Origin: the human T2T-CHM13v2.0 reference genome, Homo sapiens
NCBI RefSeq assembly: GCF_009914755.1
Contig: NC_060941.1
Length of the DNA stretch: 64,000 nucleotides
Reading direction: 5' to 3' (one strand)
Of this stretch, positions 35,518 to 51,035 are shown piece by piece (the first letter of the stretch is position 1; each line of letters opens with the position of its first letter). A program made the position numbers and the translations under genes. Under the pieces are notes generated by a model, which was given only the letters and a program-made list of their open reading frames with translations, was not told where the DNA came from and ran no database searches.

Positions 35518-35821
35518 TACTCTGTGTTTTAGAAAGATCTTTTGGGGAACTTTGAAAAGGATGATTGAAAGTGCAGGGGGTGGCTGAAGAATGATGTGGG
35601 CATCTCGATGCACTCTCATATTTTAGTAAGGGAAGTGGGACATAGTCACAGCTGGCCCCAACGGTGCAAGGTGGCATGTGAGCATTGGCACAGGTGGGAC
35701 ACAATAGCGGGGCGGCCAGGAGGAAAAATAATCCGAAAGTGCGCTGGGAAGGGGAGTGACCAGGCCAGGAGAGTAGGGGGGCCACTAATAGTTTAAGAGA
35801 AGGGATAATAGAATTATCCTA

Positions 35822-36166
<345 letters not shown>

Positions 36167-36474
36167 TTAGCCAAGAGAAACCACACAGATTGCCTCCTGG
36201 GTCTACCTATACCCATTCCAACTTTATCTCACTGCCTGCCAGGAATGCCCTGTGCCTGCCTTTCCATACATCCTTGTAGTTCAAGGTCCAGCTGAAATCA
36301 CATCTACTCTAGAAAGTCTTCCTTTGTCATAATAATTCAAAGGGATCTTTCTTTCCTGCATTCTGATAGAACTTAATTGTCCTTACTACTCATTACACAC
36401 TCGTACACTGTCTTGCACTGTTATATTTTCATAAGCCCTGTACCCTCTCATCCCAACTACATGAGAAACTCTTT

Positions 36475-37020
36475 GAGGTTGGTTATCTATTGCTGCATAA
36501 CAAACTAGCCCAAAAGTCAGTGGCTTAAAATTCATCCATTTTACTATATCTCTTGATTTTGTGGGACAGGAATTCAACCAGAGGCTCAGCTGGGCAATTC
36601 TATTTCAGATGGAGTCTACAGAGGTCACACAGTAGGATTCAGCTGACAGATAGACACAGAGGGTACGATATGGCTTTGCCCACATGTATGATGCCTTGGT
36701 GGGAATGGCTGGAAGACTGGACTCAGCTGGGAATGGTAACGGGAGCCCCTACACGTGGCCTTTCCAGCATGGTGGCCTCAGGTTGCTGGGCTTCTTCCAT
36801 GATGGCTGGGGCTCCCAGAGTAAGTGCTACAAGAAGCTGAGTGGAAGCTGCAGGGCTTCTTATAACCTGGCCTTGAAAATCCCAGAATTTCACTTCTTTC
36901 ATATTCTGTTGGTCCAGGAAGTCATTAAGACCAGCTCAGGTTTAGAGGGAATAAAACTAGACTCCACCTCTCAATGGTAGCAGTAGCAAAGAATATGAGA
37001 TCATCTCTATTTTATTACAC
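36475..37020 (-). mobile_element. MLT1-type MaLR LTR
   Basis: TTATCTATTGCTGCATAACAAAC...AGTGGCTTAAA is the recalled MLT1 terminal motif. Confidence 0.7.
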
Positions 37021-38167
37021 AATTTGCCCTAAGACCTAGGCAAGCAGGGTCCCTAGCTCAGGCCCCAGGCCAGATTCTCAGGGGACCCCACACTTTTGAG
37101 TGCTCTTCTTGAAATATTCTAAGTTCTCTTCAGTGGCTGGGATCATCCCAGTTGGTTTCTCTTCAGAGTACTCTGTGACCCACCTCTTGATCTGTGTGGT
37201 TGGCCAAATACCCTGAGGCGGTTCAGGGCTCATGCCTATGGGGTTGTCCAGGGCAACCTGACAAGTAGATTGCTTCTGCTGACCAGCACAGTATTTATTT
37301 TATGGCATTGAACAATACTGGGCCACTAGAATGGTACTGATTGGCTAATTTGGGGTGATTCACATTGGATATATGAGTTCAGAACTCTGGGCTACTAACA
37401 GTTCACCACCAACCCTTGAGGTTGAGCCACCTGTGTGGGTCAATGCCCTGGCTCTCACCACATTTATGACCACAGTGCCACCTCTGACATGACACAATAA
37501 TGAGAGTGGATGCATCCTTTAACCTGACTGCTGGGGTACCCCACCTCCAGCTGGTACAAGGTGTTCACCCCTCTCCAAGGCTTTGCAACACATGTCAGGC
37601 AATCCTCCAGAAGTGGCCACGCCTATCTTCTCCATTCAAGACCATTATGCTGTAAGGCCAACCAGCTTTTACAATCAATGTCCTCTCTTGCCTCTGATCA
37701 ATATAGTGATCTCATGAGATACTGGGTTGGTTTTAAGCTGTTCCAGGTGAGGGCCAGATGTTCCTTACATGAATGGAACTTCTCTTCTTGCTCCACCCAC
37801 GGGCCCTGAGCCTATCCACTCCCTCCCCTGACAACTGATTTCAGTGTGTGGAAGGCAGGGGTGCAGTCAACACTGAAAGAAATCACCTTCTAGGAATTCA
37901 GTGATTAAGGCCTAAAGAATTCAAGAGAAGATGTGGTTGGATGATATATTGTTGTAAACATACATATAAAACTCTGATCGGCGAAATTTTATTCACATTT
38001 TTCTGCATACTCTAAGCAAAACTTGCCATTGGTGTCATCACTAAAGAAGCACAGGAACAAACTTTGAGTTATGAAGCCAGTATTTGTACGTAGAGTGAAG
38101 AATTGTGCAGCATCATGAGTAATGATGTAACCAGCATTAAATAAATGGCATTATCAACACAACCAGC

Positions 38168-39195
38168 TGTCTTAGTCTATTTTCTGCTGCCATAATAGAA
38201 TACCACACACTGGGTAATGTTTAAAGAAAAGACGTTTATTCAGCTCACAGTTCTGGAGGTTGGTAAGTCCAAGAGCATGGCACCGTCATCTGGTGAAGTT
38301 CATCCCATGATGGAAAAGTGAAAGGCAGAAGTTAGTACATGAAACAGACAGACAATGGCAGCCAAACTTATTCTTTTATCAGGAGTCCACTCCTGTAGTA
38401 ACAACATCAATCCATTCATGAAGGCTCTGTCCTTGTGACCCAATTGCCTCCCAAAGGCCCCACCTTTCAGTACTGCCACAATGGCAGCCAAGTTTCCAAC
38501 ATATGAATTTGGGGGGGACACATTCAAAGCATAAAATTCTCCCCCTGCCCCCCCGCCAAATTTATGTCCTTCTCACTTGCAAAATGTATTCATTCCATCC
38601 CAATAGTCCCAAAAGTCTTAACTCAATCCAGCATCAACTCAAAAGCCCGAAGTCCAAAGTCTCATCTAAATCAGATATAGGTGAGACTCAAGGCATGATT
38701 CATCCCAAGGCAAATTCCTCCAGCTGTGAGCCTGTGAAATCAAAACAAGTTATCTTTTTCCAAACTACAATGGTGGTACAGGCATAGGATAGACATTCCC
38801 ATTCCAAAAGTGAGAACTAGGCAAGAAAAGAAGGGTAACTGGTCCCAAGTAAGTCCAAAACCCAACAGGGAAAACAACATTAAGTCTTAAAGCTAGAGAA
38901 TAATCTCTGATTCATGTCCCACTCCTGGACATGCTGGGAGGCTGGGCCCCCAAAGCTTTGGGCAGTCCCACCTCTACAGCCTTTCTAGGCTCGGTCCATG
39001 CAGCAGCTCTGATGGATTGAGTCTCCTGCCTACAGTTCCCAGGCTGGAGTTGCATACTGGTAGGACTACAGTTTTGTGGTCTTGGAGATGGCTCCATTCC
39101 CGCTGCTTCACTAGGCACTGCCCTACTGCAGACTATGTGGTGGCTCCAATCCCACATTTCCGCTTGGCGTTGCCCTAGTGGGGACTCTCTGCAGT
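38168..39195 (-). mobile_element. MST-type MaLR LTR plus truncated internal sequence
   Basis: TGTCTTAGTC...GCTCACAGTTCTGGAGG...AAGTCCAAGAGCATGG LTR, then CCCAAAAGTCTTAACTC...TCCAAAGTCTCATCT internal motif. Confidence 0.8.
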
Positions 39196-39453
39196 ACCAG
39201 CTTTAAATAAATGGCATTAGGAACTGGAGGGGCAAAGAAAGCTACATAGGCCAATACAAACAGGTTCTGAAGAGTCATGGTATTTGAATAACAATGTTGT
39301 TCCCCTTTTCTCATGTAGCCAGAAACTAGTGAGAAATAGCACATTTGACAATAACATAAAGAGATAGTTCCTGGACCCAGACAGAAAGCGATGGTGCCTG
39401 AACACTGTAAAGAATATTCACATGCACTTATTAGACAATAAACAAATATCTAA

Positions 39454-39835
<382 letters not shown>

Positions 39836-39959
39836 TATAACACAGTTTTTAATCAAATTGCATATACAGACTGGGCCCACAAAAACATTTGCTTGGGGCT
39901 CCACAAAACCTAGATACAGTCCTGTCAACGTGATAGATAAATAGGTAGGTATGTAGGTA

Positions 39960-40036
39960 TTAGGTTGGTGCAAAAGTAATTATGGTTTGCCATTAAAAGT
40001 AATTGCAAAACCACAATTATTTTTGCACCAACCTGA
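39960..40036. mobile_element. MADE1 mariner MITE (palindromic)
   Basis: TTAGGTTGGTGCAAAAGTAAT...ATTATTTTTGCACCAACCTGA inverted termini with TA flanks. Confidence 0.92.
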
Positions 40037-40053
40037 TAGAGATATAGCAGGCA

Positions 40054-40054
<1 letters not shown>

Positions 40055-40086
<32 letters not shown>
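40055..40086. repeat. (CA)n microsatellite
   Basis: Seen directly in the sequence. Confidence 0.95.
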
Positions 40087-40089
<3 letters not shown>

Positions 40090-41111
40090 ATTTCCCAGAG
40101 CACTACTCACCAATGAAGTACTAATGAAATAGCTCCCCCTGAACCACAAGGGTCATTGGACTGCAGCTCCCTCCCTCCTACAGAATGAAGTCCAAGCTCC
40201 TTAGACTGACTTGGCCACAAGCTACCTTTCTGGCCTTGTCCTTTGTCTTTTTGTGCATTATGTTCTAGTAACTTCAAACTGCTTGTAGTTTCCCCTGCAC
40301 ATCATATATCTTTGCTTTTGTGTATGCTGTTTCCTCTTCCTGGGATGTTTTCCCCACTGGCCTTATCTTCCAAGATTCAGTTTAGGTATCATCTCCTCTT
40401 TGAATCTCTCTTGAGTCACCAAACTGGGCTAAGTGTTCCCTCCTTGTCATCCCACAGTTCCCAATTACTGTACCCCACACTCACCACATAGGATTCTAAT
40501 TATCTGTATAGATGTTTACCTCCCAGTATATTAAAGAGCTTCTATGGTAAGGTGGTGTCTTACTCATCTTTGTATATCAGCCCTTGCATTGTGCTTGACA
40601 CACAGTTATCAGCTCAATGAATCTATAATGTAGGATGATTTATGGAAGGAGACCAATGGACTAAGTCAAGTGGACTCTGGTGAGCCTAGAAAACGTTCTA
40701 GTAAAATGAAGGAGAGGCTGGAGGGTAAGTCATGCCAAGAGAATATCAGCAGTATATATCAATTATCCAAGTGGTTTAGCCATACAAGAAAAAGAAAAAA
40801 TGGGATATAAGTTAAAAATGCAGTAAGCTGGAGAGTGGAATTTTCTTCTATTTAGAGGAAGGCCTAAATACGTATAAAGACTTAAGAGACTGAGAGGCAG
40901 AAGGGAGATCTTCTGGACTTCAATTTCCTTATCTGCCTTATCCACCTCCCAGGGATGCCATGAGACCCAAAGGAAAACAAGACATAGGCATGAAAATTAT
41001 TTGAGAAATTTTTTACATTACTATCCTCTGATAGATTTTTCTGATAGCTTCCAACTACCCGCAGAATAAAAATCTATAAAGAAAAACCCAATCTGACATT
41101 TAAGATTTCCT

Positions 41112-41425
<314 letters not shown>

Positions 41426-42569
41426 CTATGATCTCGTTCTAACCTTTCTTCGACTACTATTATTGCCCCAAACACCCTGAATCCAGCCAGAGGAGATTCA
41501 TGTTCTTTCCTTCTGTTTGCCTTTGCTCAAGCTATTCCCTCAGCCTCAAATGCCCTCCTCTTCATCTCTACCAGGCAGACACAATAAACATTTTCAGAGT
41601 GGTTAGTATATACAAGACACTGTTAAAATTCTATTGATTCTTGAAGGTCTTATTCATATGCTATTTTGTCCATGAACCGTTCTTGCCCTTCCCACGGAAA
41701 TGGTACTTTGTATCAATTGTAGCATGTATTCTACTTAATAATGTAGCTTGAGGGTATGATTAGTTCTCCCAACAGACCATGAGAGATATGGGAGGTTTTA
41801 GGGCTGTGTCTTGCTTGTGTTCCTATCTCCAGTATCTGTGCATGGTACATTGTAGATGCTCAATTATAGAAAAAGTGAAAAAAATAATTTTAGGAAAAGA
41901 ATGTACATGGGTGGACAGTCTCTTGGGACACAAAACTGGGTGGGATCCAGGATCCAGGAAAAGAGAAGTATCAACTTGTCCAAGAAAAGAATGTCTCCTG
42001 CCTTGGGAGGAATAGTAGATAAGCTTGGAGGATGGAAACGGGATAGCCTATGTGGAGACAGAGAAGTGTCCAAACCCAGTCCCAGCTCAAATGCCACCCC
42101 TTCATTAAGTCTCTCCTAAATCTCCTCCTAGAGACGACCCCCAGCTCAGCTCAATCTCTTTGGATTTTCTACCTTCTAGAATGTTTGTCTTGATAAATAA
42201 AATTCATAGAAAGCCATTGGTTTGGACTGAGCTCCTGCACTAGGCGCAACAGGCCAAACCAAAATAGAGTCACTCATGCTAAAGTTCCAAGCCACAAAGC
42301 CAAAATTAAGCTGCTCATCTGACCTTAGGAGAAATCAGAAGAGAGGGAAAATAGCCATATCCCCATGATAAAGGAAGTCCCTTCTGCCTTAACCAATACA
42401 AGTAAAATAACTTTGAAACTTGTTCTTTGTTTCTGCTTTTTTTTTTCAGCCCTTTTCTGTCTATAAAGATAATCTCCTCTGCTCAGCTCATCAGAATACT
42501 CATTCTATTTTATAGAATAAGGTGTTGCCTGGTGCTAGAATCGCAAATAGCCAGTTAAGATCTGTAACT

Positions 42570-42694
42570 GTGTTGTATTAAAGGAGAGAAGGTTAGCACT
42601 CCCTTTGACAAGGATGGAAGAGGCCCTTGGGCCTGACAACACGCATACGGTTAAGGCATTACCACCTACTTCGTGGGATCTAACCATCGTTTTT
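42570..42694 (+). pseudogene. U6atac snRNA retropseudogene (full length, 125 nt; probably the copy annotated RNU6ATAC3P)
   Basis: GTGTTGTATTAAAGGAGAGAAGGTTAGCACTCC...CTAACCATCGTTTTT; about 5 substitutions versus recalled RNU6ATAC; upstream sequence is LTR-derived with no evident PSE/TATA. Confidence 0.95.
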
Positions 42695-43954
<1,260 letters not shown>

Positions 43955-44329
43955 AAAATCTATAACTACATTTCTTGTAATTTTGTCTTTTGAGAGTATA
44001 CATATCTTATTTCCTTTCCCAGACCAGAACCTCTTTGAGGGCAGGAGGAACCCGGTTTTCCCTACTTTACACATGACACATAATAACCACTCATTCAATG
44101 TAGGTTTACTGGATGGATAAATAGGAATGGGGGGTAGATAGGCGGGAGAGTGAGTAGACAAATGCGAAACAGGAAAAGCTTGCGCCAGGAAAAACAGTGA
44201 AGAGCGAAATCTCCAGACCCCCGATTAAATGGTTTAAAGTGAAGCCAAGCAAGAACCTCCAGTCCTCTCTGCGGCAGAGAACAGCAGATGATAGCGGCTC
44301 GCCTTCAACTTTGCTCTGAGGACCTCTCG

Positions 44330-45050
44330 TTAGTATCCCGCGATTGTCCTTCCTAACGCCTGACTGAATCCTGAGGCTAGCCTTCAGCGAACATGTACAC
44401 CGCCTTGCCCTTCACGTGAAGCCGAGCCTGTGACTACACTTATCCTTCCGTCGCCGGCCTCATTTCTCCTTCCCCTTCTCCGATCTCGCAACCACTGCTA
44501 GTAAGGCGCGCGTGCGGGCAGCCCTGGCCGGCAGGGGAGGGAGGGTCCTGCGACCGGAAGCCGGAAACCGGAAGGGGGGCTGTGAGGACGTGTTCCGAGG
44601 AAGCCAGACCCGGAGCCGTGGCCTGCCGGGCCGGCGACATGGATCCCCTGTTCCAGCAAACGCACAAGTGAGGGCCGGTCGGGGAGCGGGCAGGGGCTAG
44701 ACGAGGCGAGGCCAGGTGAGCCTGGCTTCTGGGGCTGAGGCCTCGGACGTCAGCCAGGGTAGAGGCCGAGTTTTTCCGCCAGGGCACTGCTGGGGATGCC
44801 TCCGAAGTGCTTAATCCTTGGCGGGACTCCCAGGTCAGCCACAGACAGTGGGTTCAGGCTGGGGCCTGGAGACGTGGGGCAGATGACTCCTGGGGTCTGC
44901 AAGTTCGTGACTACCTGCTGGGTAGACTGGGTGACGGGAAACTGGCACCTGCAGGTTATAAAACTTTGTCCAGCACTTGTCAACTCGGTGCTCCTGGTTG
45001 GTAGACCTCGAGAGGAGACACGGAGTAGGAGACACGGCCCCTGGCCGTAG
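44330..45050. promoter_or_regulatory. GOSR2: GOSR2 CpG-island, TATA-less promoter
   Basis: High CpG density; three CCGGAA ETS cores at 44554, 44561 and 44568; palindromic E-box CTTCACGTGAAG 44410-44421; NRF1-like GCGCGCGTGCG near 44506. Confidence 0.9.
44639..44667 (+). CDS. GOSR2: GOSR2 coding exon 1 (MDPLFQQTH + first 2 nt of K codon)
   Basis: GGCGAC-ATG-G Kozak context inside a CpG island; 29 nt, then donor AA|gtgagg; peptide matches the known GOSR2 N-terminus. Confidence 0.97.
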
Positions 45051-45409
45051 GAGTGTACTGTTTAATTGGAGAGTCAGGGCACGTACGGGAAAGTATTTGT
45101 ATTCTTATTCGATTTATACTAAAGACCACATTTTTATGGTACAAAGAAATTGCTGTCCACGTAGCATTCACTATTATTACTTGTTAATCGTATCTGGTTA
45201 CAGGTTATCGCTAAGAAAATCAAATTGTAATTTAGTTTCTCATAACTTAAATTCCTTGGTAGTGTCCTTTATTCGCATCGTCCTGCACTTTCGGAATTGC
45301 TGAGATACGTAGTTGAGTATTAATGGGGCCATACTTACCCTATTTTTGGGGGCGGGGGGCAGAATTATGATTTTTACCCTGTTTTGGAGGGACGGAATTT
45401 TATGATTTT

Positions 45410-45930
45410 TATTTTTTATTGTAAAATATACACAACATAAGATTTACTGTTTTAACAATTTTTAAGTGTACAATTCAGTGACATTGAGTACATTCACAAC
45501 TTACATCACTACGATCCATTTCCAGAACTTTTTCATCATCCCAGTGTGCCTGTTAATCAGTAGCACTTCATTTCTTCCTTCCAGAACACCTAGTAACCTC
45601 TGTTTTACTTCTCTCTATGAGTTTACCTATTCTAGATACTTAATATAAGTGGAGTCATACAGAATTTGTCCTTTTGTATCTGGCTTATTTCACTTAATGT
45701 TTTCAGGGTTCATCTATATTGTAGCCTGTTACCAGAATTTCATTCTGTTTTATGACGGAATAATATTCCGTTTTATGTGTCTACCACATTTTGTTATCCA
45801 TTCATCTGTTGATGGACACTTGAGTTGTTTCCACCATTGGGCTGTTGAGAATAATACTGCTATGAACTCTGGTGTAGAAGTATCTGTTTTAGTTTCTCTT
45901 CTCAATTTTTTGAGGTATATACCTATCCTA
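45410..45930 (-). mobile_element. L1M 3' fragment in GOSR2 intron 1
   Basis: Minus-strand ORF with FIAVLFSTAQWWKQLKCPSTDEWI (L1 ORF2-like). Confidence 0.85.
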
Positions 45931-46557
45931 TTGAGAACTTTCAAACTTATGCTGTAGTTTTGTTGATTAAAACACTTAAAATCACACTCCCAAGGCCTGG
46001 AAATGAAATGCCCTGAAGCATGAGGAATAAGAGGGTGATGATCCTCTTTCTCTTTCATTTTCTAAGTTTATGGGTTTCTTTTATTTTGGCGATGAGGTGT
46101 TTCATTTGGACAGGCGAAAATACAGAACCTACTTTGTAATGACAGAATTTTCTTTTACACTGGGGAGCCCTATTCTCACATAAACGTTATAGGAAGGGAC
46201 TTAAAACTAGTCTGTGAGTAATTTAGAGAAAGAATGAAACGAAATTATGTTCATGTTACTAAGAAAGGGCCTATCTTTCACAATAGCAGGGCACAATGGG
46301 CATAGTAGTGCCTTGAAGTTAATCTGTTATGTATGGTCTTATCTAGTTAATTTAGTTAAAGGATGTTGCCAAGAAGGCCATGACCCATTTTATATTCAAG
46401 AATAACTTTATTTAGAGAGTCTTAGACTACCTGTTTTCAGTGCAGCTAATCACAGAGAAAACTGCATGGCTCAGAAGAGGAATTCTAAATGGTACCCCAA
46501 ACAAGGTGTGTGGAGTGTAGATGCTCTGTAGGCCTCCAACAATGCACCCTTGGACTC

Positions 46558-46770
46558 TAGCAGCTTGCCAGTTTTTTCTATTAAGGGCCAGATAGTAAAT
46601 ATTTTAGGCTCTGTGGGCTATACGGTCTCTGTAGTTACTACTCTGCTGTTATATTGGGAAAACAGCCATAGACAATATGTAAACTAATTGATGTACCTGT
46701 GTTCCAGTACAATTTTATTTATCAAAACAAGCAGTGGGCCAGCTTTGCCCCACAACTATTAGGCCCTCTG
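46558..46770. mobile_element. MER58A-like hAT MITE
   Basis: AAGGGCCAGATAGTAAATATTTTAGGCT...CAGCCATAGACAATATGTAAAC. Confidence 0.8.
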
Positions 46771-47537
46771 CTACCCCGACACTCATTAATTCATTGAATA
46801 TTTATTGAGCACCTACTATGTGCTGTGCACCATTCTCAGTGCTGGCAGCACAGCCCTGCCCTCGAGGAGTTTACCTTCTTTTATGCTGCAGTATCTTGTC
46901 TATCTTTCCTCTCCAGTGCTGAACCAGGAGTGGGAGTTCTGGTTCTAGACCTCCTTACTTTATTTTTCCTCATCTGTAGAATGATATTATAATTTGGGCT
47001 GGTTAAACTGTAAGGCTCCTTTCAGTTCCATGATAACAGAACTGATGACTGAATGACTTTCACAAGAAACACGTGGAGTCCAGTGAGCACCAGCAATGAA
47101 CTTTCGCAACTGCAGAAATTAGTGATTGTAGCTGAGTTGACACAACAGTAGCTGAACTTGTTAATTTTACTGGAACTTTGAACCCAGTTTGTGATTATCT
47201 CTTGCCGTGTCACTGAATACATTGAGTACATTGGAATTAGATTGACATATTAAAGTTACTTGAAAACTCCTGAACCTACCTGAACAATGAATGAATGAAA
47301 ATAATGAATGAATGAAAACAATAAACATTTTACACTTAAATGTTTAATTTAGATGAACTTTATAGAGGAGCTAATAGCCAGGCTTCTATTTTTGAGATCC
47401 CAATGGTTGTAAAGGTGACCACATTTGTCCCCTATGTAGTCCAAGATCAGTCTCCTGTCCTGGACCTTATCGTATGTCCAGGACACAAGAAGCACTACAT
47501 TTAACAAGCTCCCTAGGTGGTTTTGATGAGCAGGTAG

Positions 47538-47630
47538 GCTTAAGAACTGTTACCTTATCTCAAGACCATTTTTTTTCCTGAACAGCGGAGCTTAAGAACT
47601 ATTACCTTATCTCAAGACCATGTTTTTCCT
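47538..47630. repeat. Local tandem duplication, 2 copies, period 52 bp
   Basis: GCTTAAGAACT(G/A)TTACCTTATCTCAAGACCAT...TTTTCCT at 47538 and 47590. Confidence 0.9.
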
Positions 47631-50600
47631 TTATAGATTTTGCCCTTTAATGAGCGAAATGTAAAGGCAAAGTGAGTGAAATGAAAATGACCAGATTGTT
47701 GCCACTACTTTTAAGTAAAGTTAACAACAAACTTACATGATGCTGTGTAGGTTATACAGCGTTTTCATGTTCATCATGGTCAGAGGCAGCCTGGATGCAA
47801 AGTGGATGTTATGGGGTGGTGGGGGGCGGTGAGTAGTTTCATGAACTTTTAAAAAGCACTTCCATTAAAAAATTCTTCCTAGATCTTCTGTAAACCTTTT
47901 TTAAAGACGGCTACAATGACCCTGGCTTATTTGCTACTATTTCTCTGCTTTGTTATATTATCACCCAAGCCCACCATGGACCCCATGCTAGAGAGGGCTA
48001 AGACTTCTTTTTCCTCATGTCCACGCTCCCAAGTCATGCTTGTGTATCACCTGTTTCTTATGGACTTCCAGTGTGTTATGTTGTGTTAGAATTCCCAGTT
48101 CAGTTTGAGACAGATTTTGCACTTGGCATATTAGTAGTTCCCACCTTGCCATTCATACTTGCTTTGTTGTTTCATATTTATGTTTTCTTAGCATGAAATG
48201 TAGCCGCTGGAATTGTATTATTGGCCACATTGTCTCTGATTGGTTCAAAGCAAATAGAGATTTGATGGGAAAAGTCAGTGGATTATGGGCCTGTACAAAA
48301 GTGCTTTGATGAACGTCCTGCCATGTACATCTCCTCAGGGTATGCCAGAACCTCTCTAGGACACATTCCTCAAACTGCTGGGTCATAGCATGGACACATG
48401 CTTTATTCTACTAGTTATTGTCAGAAAGCATTTAAAGTGTTTTACCAATTTATAATCCTACCAGCTGGGTATGAGAGTTCTAGTTTCCCTGTTTCCTTAT
48501 TAATGCATATGTCCCCAAACTTTAAAATATTTGTCAGTTTGATGGGCTGAAGAAATGTGATCTCATTGCTTTTCATTTGTGTTTTCCTAGTTGAGTGTCA
48601 TTTTGTATATTGATTGACCATTTGGGTTTTCTTTTCTGTCATTTGCCCTTTTTTCATTTAAAAAAAATGCCTTGTTTGACTTTTTGTATTGATTTGTAAC
48701 AATTCTTTATATATTTTCTGCACGTCAATCCTTTGTTATCTGCTGCAGATACCCTCCAGTCTGTGCCATTCATTTGTTTATTTTGTGGCTTTGGTGTACA
48801 GAAGTTTTTTGTTTTCATGTTGTCAGATGTATCCATCTTTTTCTTTGTGGTTTGTGGGTTTTGTGGGGGTGGGTAGTTTTTGGATTTTGTCTTATTTAAG
48901 AAATCTTCTGTAACCCGAGGTCATTTATGCACACCTGTATTTTCTTCAGAAAGTTTGAAAGCTGCTCTGCTTTTTCCATTTGGGTTTTAAGTGAGCTTGA
49001 GTTTATTTTTATGTGTTACCTGAGGTGGCCTTTTTCTGTACGGGTAACAAACCGGAGCTGTTGGCATTTATTGTAGTCCCTTCTTTCAAAAGCTCCCAAA
49101 TAACGTGGGGCTGTGTCTAGGCTGTTTCTTTCCTCTTGGGCCAGCTGTAGGGTTTGCCTTTCCTTGTCTGTCTGTACCTGCACTGCCGCCATATTGTTTC
49201 CATTGTTACTGCTTTGTAAGTCATAATGGCAGGTGGGACAAGTCATTCCTCCCCCTCCTTCTTCAGAGTGGTCTTGGCTATTCTTTACCTCCCCCCTTTT
49301 TATTATGTCACTGTTCGTGTTGATCATATTACCAACTTTCAGATTTTTCTGTTAAATCAGCATTGAAAATTTACCTCACAGCCTGCGTCAGGACTTCCTT
49401 AGAGTCCTAATTCTCCTTTCTGTCCCCGTTACCCTCCGGTCCCCTGTACCTGTTCCCTTGGTTGCCCTGCTTCAGGTGTCGGCTACCTCAGGCTGCATTC
49501 CTACATCAGCCCCCATACCTCCACACCCCCGCATCATCCCACAATATCCCAGACTTACTTTCCGGAAGCAACGGCCTGGTCTCGGACTCTAGCAGTGATT
49601 TCTAGTTGCTTCTCAGGGCCACAGGTCTTGCCTAGGAGCACCCTGGGGAGTCATTTGACAGCTCACCCAGCTTCTTTTGGTGCCCAAGGGCATATCTGGA
49701 GGCCATAGGGAAGCCCTGGAAAAGACTGGGCACAAGCTGAAGCCAAAGTTGGGTGCCTGGCTGGCATTGGTAGATTTGGGGTCCTGGTTTGCATTGCTCA
49801 CGATGCAGAATGGTTGCTGACCTTTCCTCCAGCGTTGGGGATGATGTGAGAGTCCAGCAGGCCCCCTTCATGTGGGCCCTAACTTGGGGAAATCTCCACC
49901 GTGAGCACCGGGAAGTGGATGGTGGGGCCAGCATAAGCAGTATCCCGAGGACTGATCATGGAGGACCATTAGGAAGGGGGTCTTAAGGATGACCTTGGCC
50001 AGACCGTGGGAAGCCTCCAGAGAGTGTTACCCAGATCCAGGGTACAGTGTTGCATTTCCAAATGAGATGGCAGTTCCTTCGTTCCTTGATATTGTCGGAG
50101 AAGGATGTTTACCAAACAGGAGGTCCCTGTCTCAGGGTCTTCCTCTGAATGGTTTCCTCCAGTGAGTCACTTCAGCATCCTCTCCCCCAACCCGATTCCC
50201 TTTCAAGCAGCCCACCCTACTTGTAATCCACATGTCTTGAATGAATTTTTGCATATCATTTTCTTCTATCTTCCTTCACCAAATGATGTCTCCCTTCTTC
50301 ACAGCGATGCTCAGAACTCTTTCCATCCACATAACTTACCTGGTTTCTCTTTCTCAGCCCCACCCCTCTGTCTGCTTGCCTGTGACACCACTGTGCAGAG
50401 CTGCCCCTCTTTCTGTTTGTTTATACTTATGTGTATTGCTTTTCTCGTGAATCTTCCCAGGGCTTGTTCATGTCTGTTTAGCCTGTCATTCCTCATTATG
50501 TTGTTTCTCAAGGACAAGGATTATATCTCCCTCGCCCTTTGACTCTTCCTGGTACAGGCCAGTGCTTAGCACATTAGGTCGTAGAACAGAAAGTAGGATT

Positions 50601-50924
50601 GGCCGGGTTCAGTTTGAGGTTTATCACTTGCTGTGTGATCTTGAACAAGTTACATAACCTTTCTGGGCTTCAGTTTTTATAAAATGAGGATGATAATGGT
50701 ACTTTCCTCATAGGGTTATTGATTTGGCAGAGTATCTTGGATATGGTAAGCACCCATAATCTGCCTATCAGTGTTATTGTTAGTAGTTAAGATATTAGAA
50801 ACCATGCCAAAACGTGGGACCTAAAGTGCCACATACAAATTTTACAGTTCAGTGATGCTGTCGATTTAAATCAGTTACATGTTGGCATCAGAAAAATTGT
50901 CTTTCCTGACTGAAGCGCTGTTGA

Positions 50925-51035
<111 letters not shown>

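Noticed and set aside
42570-42694. Functional U6atac gene
   Set aside because: Retroposed (TSD, L1 fusion), lacks the external Pol III type-3 promoter and carries substitutions
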